A stretch of 41,717 bases of DNA from Candidatus Actinomarinales bacterium. GTDB taxonomy: Bacteria > Actinomycetota > Acidimicrobiia > Actinomarinales > Actinomarinaceae. Each line of letters starts with the position of its first letter. The first letter of the stretch is position 1. Below are positions 36,318 through 41,717 of the stretch, one piece after another. A program made the position numbers and the translations under genes. The stretch spans positions 1 through 41,717 of the forward strand of contig SGYT01000003.1 in the NCBI GenBank assembly GCA_004214055.1, given 5' to 3'. Below the pieces are notes generated by a model that worked only from the letters and a program-made list of their open reading frames with translations, searched no databases and was not told where the DNA came from.

Positions 36318-37153
36318 TTCTTATATCCTTCTATTGCTTCACTTAATGTAACTGGAATAGAGTTCCCAAATTTTTTAGGAGCTTTACTTGCAAATTCAGT
36401 TACTTGTGGGACCCTTACACCAACATCTCTTTGAATATCAACTAACTCCGGAAATACTTCTTGAGGCGTTCCAGCTTTAGAAATTTTCCCTTCTTCTAAA
36501 AGTATTATTGTATCTGCAAATTCAGCTATAACCTCAACTTCATGTTCTGCTATAACAACAGTTAGACCCTCTTCTTGATTAATTTTTCTAGTAACTGTAA
36601 ACACTTCTTCTTTTCCTATGGGATCTAAATTTGATGTAGGTTCATCTAATACAAGAATTTCAGGTTTCATAGATAAGGCTGATGCCATAGCAAGTCTTTG
36701 CTGTTGTCCTCCTGAAATTTCAAAAGGAGATCTTTCTTCGAATCCTTTTAGCCCTACCATCTCTAAAGCTCCCGAAATATTTTTTTCTATAGTCTCTTTA
36801 TCAACACCTAGGTTCTGAAGACCTAAAGCTACTTCTTCAAACACAGTCAGTTGACTCATTTGAAATTCTGGGTTGTCAAATACACTTCCGACCTTTGTTG
36901 CTAGCTCTCTAACAGGAATCTTTGGTGGCACTTGACCAGCCACTTCAATGTTTCCATACATATCAGCTGCAATCATGTTAGGAACAATTCCATTAATTGA
37001 TAAACATAAAGTTGTTTTCCCTGCACCATGTGCACCAAGTATTGCTACAAATTCTCCTTGTTCTATTTCTAGAGATACACCATCAAGTGCTTTTTCGTTC
37101 TCATCCATTCCCAGATATTGAACGGTAAGGTTTTGTATTTTTATATCAGACAT
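36314..37153 (-). CDS. ECF transporter ATPase A
   Basis: GAHGAGKTT, FDNPEFQ, ISGGQQQR, LDEPTSNLD, EH. Confidence 0.93.
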   Translation of the reverse strand: MSDIKIQNLTVQYLGMDENEKALDGVSLEIEQGEFVAILGAHGAGKTTLCLSINGIVPNMIAADMYGNIEVAGQVPPKIPVRELATKVGSVFDNPEFQMSQLTVFEEVALGLQNLGVDKETIEKNISGALEMVGLKGFEERSPFEISGGQQQRLAMASALSMKPEILVLDEPTSNLDPIGKEEVFTVTRKINQEEGLTVVIAEHEVEVIAEFADTIILLEEGKISKAGTPQEVFPELVDIQRDVGVRVPQVTEFASKAPKKFGNSIPVTLSEAIEGYKK

Positions 37154-37240
37154 AAATTGATAATATCATTTAAAGCTAGTTACGTATAGATTTTCACTAA
37201 AGAATTTTGAAATTTTTAAGTTTTAACATAATAATTAGAT

Positions 37241-38440
37241 ATGGAATTAAAAAATATTGAATTTCCAAATGCAGATTTAAATTTTATAGATAATCCTTAT
37301 CCTGCATTGAAAGATTTTAGAGAAGAATCACCTGTTTTTTATGATGAGAAATCTGACTTAATCTACTTAACAAAATATGAAGACGTTAAGTCAATCCAAA
37401 GTAGTAAAAAATATGTATCTGCTAAGCCTGCAAATTTAGAGGGTGATAGAGAATGGGATAGTAGAAAAAAAGCTTATGATTATTTTGGCAGAACTGAGGA
37501 GTTTTCTCTACTCAACCTTGAAGGTTCCGCACATAATGAACTCAGGGGATTGGTTGCAAAAGCTTTCTCTATAAGACAAGTTGAGCTACTAAGACCCTTT
37601 ATAGAAAATAAATCAAGAGAAATATTAGATCCATTGATAGGTAGTAGTTTTGATTTAATACATGATTATGCACAGCCCTTTTCTATAGCAATAATGGGTG
37701 AGCTCTTGGGGGTTCCAGAATCTAGATATGATGATTTTCTCAGATGGTCAAATGATATTGTACGTATGTATGACTTGCAAGTAAGTGAAGAAAATGCTGA
37801 AATAGCAGAAAAATCCGCTGAAGAGTTCTATTTCTACACAGATAGTTTAATCGATGAAAAATTGAAGGAACCGGGGGATGATATGATAACCCGACTAGCA
37901 AACGTTACTGAGAACGATCAAAAATTAAGTAAAGACCAGATTATATGTACAGCCATCCTTTTACTAAATGCTGGTCACGAAGCTACTGTTAACACAATTG
38001 GAAATGGTATAAGCGCTCTTATTTCAAATGATATTGAAACAAAATCATTAAATGAAGAATACGATGTTAAGAACATCGTTGAAGAATTGCTCAGATGGGA
38101 TAGTCCTTTACAATTTTTTCAAAGGTGGTCTCTTGAAGATACTGAAGTAAGAGGATATAAAATTCCAAAAAATGCAAAGGTTGCCATACTGTTAGGTTCA
38201 GCTAACCGTGACGATGAGATATTTAAAAATGCTAAAGAAATAAATTTTCAAAGAGAGAATTTAAATCACACAAGCTTTGGTGGTGGAATGCACTTTTGCC
38301 TTGGAGCACACCTAGCAAGACTAGAGCTTGAAGCTTCATTTAATAATCTGTTTGAATATAGCTGGAATTTAGAGGCCAAACCAGAAAGAACTGGTGCTTT
38401 CGGGATAAGAGGCTTTAAAAAAGTGATGGTTAGCGCTTAA
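37241..38440 (+). CDS. Cytochrome P450
   Basis: I-helix AGHEAT, K-helix EELLR, SANRD, heme ligand FGGGMHFCLGAHLARLE. Confidence 0.96.
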   Translation: MELKNIEFPNADLNFIDNPYPALKDFREESPVFYDEKSDLIYLTKYEDVKSIQSSKKYVSAKPANLEGDREWDSRKKAYDYFGRTEEFSLLNLEGSAHNELRGLVAKAFSIRQVELLRPFIENKSREILDPLIGSSFDLIHDYAQPFSIAIMGELLGVPESRYDDFLRWSNDIVRMYDLQVSEENAEIAEKSAEEFYFYTDSLIDEKLKEPGDDMITRLANVTENDQKLSKDQIICTAILLLNAGHEATVNTIGNGISALISNDIETKSLNEEYDVKNIVEELLRWDSPLQFFQRWSLEDTEVRGYKIPKNAKVAILLGSANRDDEIFKNAKEINFQRENLNHTSFGGGMHFCLGAHLARLELEASFNNLFEYSWNLEAKPERTGAFGIRGFKKVMVSA

Positions 38441-38862
38441 TTTTTATATAAATCTATTGCAGGTAAAATCTCATTTACATTGTTTACTGTTTTAGAGATC
38501 ATTCCCTCAACAAACAAATTTCTATATCTTCTCTCTTCTGCATCTATAGCAATTACTGGTTTCCCTTCTGCATATGTGTATCCAATTTCTGCACAAGTTC
38601 CTGAATCAATATCTTGTCCCGTAATTAATGCAACAGTTAGATGAGAGCTACTCAAAGCATCCATATCGTTTTCAAAGATTCTATCCTTAGTTTCTTGGCT
38701 CATATCAGTTCCATCAAGCTCGCTTTCTTCTATTCCCGTCTGGTCTCTATGAGGTAAGAAACATTCATAGCCAGCACCTTCGAGAACAGATGCTATTTCT
38801 TCCAAATATTTTTTTTCATGAATATTAAATAGAGGTCCAGCAATATATATTTTTTTTATCAT
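38437..38862 (-). CDS. Nucleoside 2-deoxyribosyltransferase / nucleotide N-hydrolase (NDT, Rcl/MilB-like) family protein
   Basis: IYIAGPLF, FLPH, IFEND, DSGTCAEIGY..AEGKPV. Confidence 0.9.
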   Translation of the reverse strand: MIKKIYIAGPLFNIHEKKYLEEIASVLEGAGYECFLPHRDQTGIEESELDGTDMSQETKDRIFENDMDALSSSHLTVALITGQDIDSGTCAEIGYTYAEGKPVIAIDAEERRYRNLFVEGMISKTVNNVNEILPAIDLYKN

Positions 38863-38951
38863 ACAATAAAACTAAGTGTGTTCTTTCTTCCTATCAAGTA
38901 AAAAGTTTTAATTTTTTTTACTAAGTGTGAGATTTTCTTTAAACTCTACCT

Positions 38952-40130
38952 ATGGGAAAAGCAAAAAAATACGGTATTAATACACGCGCGCTACATACAA
39001 AAAAAAGAATTGAACTTCCAACAGGAGATGTCATGTCTCCAATACATCTGACTACGACTTATGCAAATTCTGTTCCTGGTGAATCAGAATATTTTTATGG
39101 AAGAGTTAGTAATCCAACTAGAGAAATTTTTGAAAGAACTATTGCCTCGTTGGAGGGAATTGAAAACTATGATGAGTTACCAGCTTTAGCAATGTCTTCT
39201 GGGATGGCAGCAATATCCTTAATAGCTGAATTAATTAAACCCGATGAAAATGTAGTCATATCAAAAGATGTCTATGGGGGAACAACAAACTTTTTTGCAA
39301 CAATAGCTACAAAACGAGGACTTGAAGTTAATTTTTGTGATATGTATGACAAGGAAAAGCTGGAAAGTTTAATTAACAATAAAACAAAACTTGTTTGGTT
39401 AGAATCCCCTTCTAATCCAAATATGAACATATATGATATAAAAAGTATTTCGGATTTAGCTCACAGCGAAAATGCTCTGTTGGTTACGGATAGCACCTTC
39501 TGTACACCATTTATAACGAGGCCTTTTGAGCATGGGGTAGACATTATTATGCACTCAACAACTAAATATATTGGAGGGCATAGTGATACATTGGGTGGTG
39601 CAGTCGTCACCAATAATCAAGAAATTTATGACACTCTTTATGATTATCAAAAAACATCTGGAGGAGTTATGGCTCCATTCGATGCATATTTATGCCAGAG
39701 AGGACTTTATACACTTGGTCCAAGAATGGAACTGCACTCAAAGAATGCACACCAACTAGCTGAATTTCTTTCAAAATCAGAGCATATAAAAGAAGTTAAA
39801 TATCCTGGATTAGCAGACAGCCCAAATCATGATATTGCTCTTAAGCAAATGGACTATTTTGGAGGAATGTTAAGTTTCTTTTTAGAAGACCATATTGATC
39901 AAGAAAAATACTGGGAAGAACTTCATTTATACAAATTAGCCGTAAGTTTAGGTGGGGTAGAAACGTTAATTGAAGTTCCTTACTTAATGACCCATGAAAA
40001 AGTTACAGGGTTAGATGGAGAAGTGATTAACAATGCTTTTGAAGACTTAATAAGAATTTCTGTGGGTATAGAAAATATAGAAGATCTTATTGAAGATATG
40101 GACTCAGCACTCAATGCAAGCAAAAAATAA
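38952..40130 (+). CDS. PLP-dependent trans-sulfuration enzyme (cystathionine gamma-synthase/lyase, MetB-like)
   Basis: PIHLTTTY, YGRVSNPTR, SGMAAI, YGGT, ESPSNP, DSTF, HSTTKYIGGHSD, SLGGVETL, RISVGIE. Confidence 0.92.
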   Translation: MGKAKKYGINTRALHTKKRIELPTGDVMSPIHLTTTYANSVPGESEYFYGRVSNPTREIFERTIASLEGIENYDELPALAMSSGMAAISLIAELIKPDENVVISKDVYGGTTNFFATIATKRGLEVNFCDMYDKEKLESLINNKTKLVWLESPSNPNMNIYDIKSISDLAHSENALLVTDSTFCTPFITRPFEHGVDIIMHSTTKYIGGHSDTLGGAVVTNNQEIYDTLYDYQKTSGGVMAPFDAYLCQRGLYTLGPRMELHSKNAHQLAEFLSKSEHIKEVKYPGLADSPNHDIALKQMDYFGGMLSFFLEDHIDQEKYWEELHLYKLAVSLGGVETLIEVPYLMTHEKVTGLDGEVINNAFEDLIRISVGIENIEDLIEDMDSALNASKK

Positions 40131-41088
40131 ATCTCTATTCTCATACAAGCCTCTTGCCACGGCACTACTAAGTGTTGCAATTACAGCTGGGTTATTCGTT
40201 ATCTTTGGGTCAAATGGCTGGGGTATGTCTGCAGGAAATGAACAAGCTATTGGTGAGATATCTCGTTGGTGCGAAAGAGTAAGTGGAGGATTCTTTAGAG
40301 AGCCCGTTAATACTCTAGGAAATCTAGGTTTTGTAATTACCGGTTTATATATGTTTTATAAGCTTGCACAAGATGCAACATCAGGAAATGGTATCAAAAT
40401 GTTTGGCTCTCCAGCTATTGCAGTTCTTTATGCGTCAGCTTCAACATTTTTAGGTCCTGGATCAATGGCTATGCATGGAACGCATACTCCGTTTGGAGCT
40501 TGGTTAGATAACGTTTCCATGATTACTTATATTTTAATTCTCTGGTTGTACAATTTAAAACGTTTAATAGGTTTTTCGTTAAAGACATATTTAACTGTTT
40601 ACTCTCTCCTTCTTGGTTGGTTTGCATATAGCTATTGGTTTATTGATGGAGGTATGGGTATTGGGGTGAACCTGTTTGAATTGAGCATCGGTTTATGGAT
40701 TGCTACTGAAGTATTAGTAAAATTTCCCACTCTTTATGGAAGAGTTGGATCTGGATTTGCTGTATTGTTGACCCAACAACTTTTTGGTAACCCAGTAATT
40801 AATGCTCTCCAAAACTTTCAAGATAACTGGGAAATGCTTTTATATTTTGCTCCAGCATTAATTCCAAATATTCAATCAACAACTACCAAAAAATACACTC
40901 CGTGGTTTTTCTTAGGCTTTGCCTCATTTTTTGGTGCTCTCCTTATTTGGGGAACAGGGGTTCCAGACCATCCATGGTGTAACCCTGATTCGTTGCTGCA
41001 GGCTCATATGGTTTGGCATTTAATGTGCTCCGTTGCAACACTATGCTTTTTTAATTTATACAGGACAGAACAGCTCAATGCAAAGTAG
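40114..41088 (+). CDS. Ceramidase/CREST-superfamily multi-TM hydrolase
   Basis: WCE...EPVNTLGN, GSMAMHG (SxxxH), LD, HMVWH (HxxxH); ATG at 40114 preferred over TTG at 40090. Confidence 0.8.
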   Translation: MQAKNKSLFSYKPLATALLSVAITAGLFVIFGSNGWGMSAGNEQAIGEISRWCERVSGGFFREPVNTLGNLGFVITGLYMFYKLAQDATSGNGIKMFGSPAIAVLYASASTFLGPGSMAMHGTHTPFGAWLDNVSMITYILILWLYNLKRLIGFSLKTYLTVYSLLLGWFAYSYWFIDGGMGIGVNLFELSIGLWIATEVLVKFPTLYGRVGSGFAVLLTQQLFGNPVINALQNFQDNWEMLLYFAPALIPNIQSTTTKKYTPWFFLGFASFFGALLIWGTGVPDHPWCNPDSLLQAHMVWHLMCSVATLCFFNLYRTEQLNAK

Positions 41089-41098
41089 TATTTTTGCT

Positions 41099-41717
41099 AT
41101 GAAAAAAGTACTTATTTTATTAACAATCTTTCTAATCTCCTGTGGGTCTGAGAATGGAACAGCTGAACTTGATTATTCTGTGGAAGAAAGTTCAGAGGCT
41201 GTAGAAGAAATAGTTGTTTTAGAAACTCAAAAAAAAGAAGAAAATAGTGGGATCAGTGAAGAAGATTTTGATGAATATATAGCAGGACTAGAAGATTACG
41301 GTGCAGGAGGTTCATTTGTGCCAATTCCTTTAAAGCTTGATGACTTTAAACCCTTTACTGAATCTGGAAACTGTTTAAGTGATGATGTAAAAATAATTGA
41401 GCCAGAAGAATTTATAACTCTACTTGTAGAAGCTTATTGGGGAACAAGGGAAGATATGACATATGGCTATATTTCTGAGAATGGGAATGTAACTCGTAAT
41501 GGACCATTTGCTACATGGAATTATGAAAAATTAGTCGCTATCAATTCACAATATATTCTTGAAGAATTTGATGAATTTTTAATTAGAGGTTTAGATAGAA
41601 CGCCTGAGGAATATACAATTTATTGGAACGACTATGAAACACTCTTAAAATCCTTATGCAGTATTAAAAAAGATAACCGTGGTTATTTAGAAATGATAAT
41701 GTCTACTCAAGAACTAA
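41099..41717 (+). CDS. Acidic lipoprotein, truncated by the window end
   Basis: Read directly (absent from the ORF track): MKKVLILLTIFLISC|GSENGTAELDYSVEESSE..., lipobox LISC, frame open to the last base. Confidence 0.8.
   Translation, partial: MKKVLILLTIFLISCGSENGTAELDYSVEESSEAVEEIVVLETQKKEENSGISEEDFDEYIAGLEDYGAGGSFVPIPLKLDDFKPFTESGNCLSDDVKIIEPEEFITLLVEAYWGTREDMTYGYISENGNVTRNGPFATWNYEKLVAINSQYILEEFDEFLIRGLDRTPEEYTIYWNDYETLLKSLCSIKKDNRGYLEMIMSTQEL

Noticed and set aside
625-40180. Numerous short overlapping ORFs in the track (e.g. 625-996, 1852-2127, 2186-2446, 10368-10793, 22498-22818, 29779-30252, 35024-35326)
   Set aside because: They lie antisense to, or out of frame within, well-supported genes and show no recognisable motifs; typical shadow ORFs

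Overview
Very AT-rich (roughly 30% GC by eye), almost fully coding chromosomal segment. WhiB, a GlnR-type regulator, GSII, an actinobacterial-type rpsF leader, widespread leaderless genes and minimal spacers point to a streamlined low-GC actinobacterium, most plausibly a marine Ca. Actinomarina-like Acidimicrobiia (inference). In order, it contains: four tRNAs (Phe-GAA, Asp-GUC, Lys-UUU, Arg-UCG) interleaved with envelope glycosyltransferases; argS; a divergent glnII/glnR pair; Fe-S assembly genes (Nfu-N, ErpA/IscA, Mrp/ApbC), with mrp running into selA-selB; whiB; an ispD-like/SAF-dehydrogenase/yjbQ operon facing a degenerate IspD-like half protein; rpsF-ssb-rpsR-rplI-dnaB; panB; msrA; metB-like, ceramidase-like and truncated lipoprotein genes. 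The most notable feature is a ~12.4 kb cluster (26471-38862). It encodes six N-glycosidic-bond-cleaving enzymes from four families (two IU-NH hydrolases, a Qng1/DUF2419 queuosine-salvage homolog, two uridine-phosphorylase paralogs with different specificity loops, and an NDT-family enzyme), plus ribokinase, a complete ECF importer, an MFS carrier and a cytochrome P450. This is a candidate system for harvesting modified nucleosides. No CRISPR array, rRNA, transposase or integrase was seen. All family assignments come from motif recognition, not from database searches.
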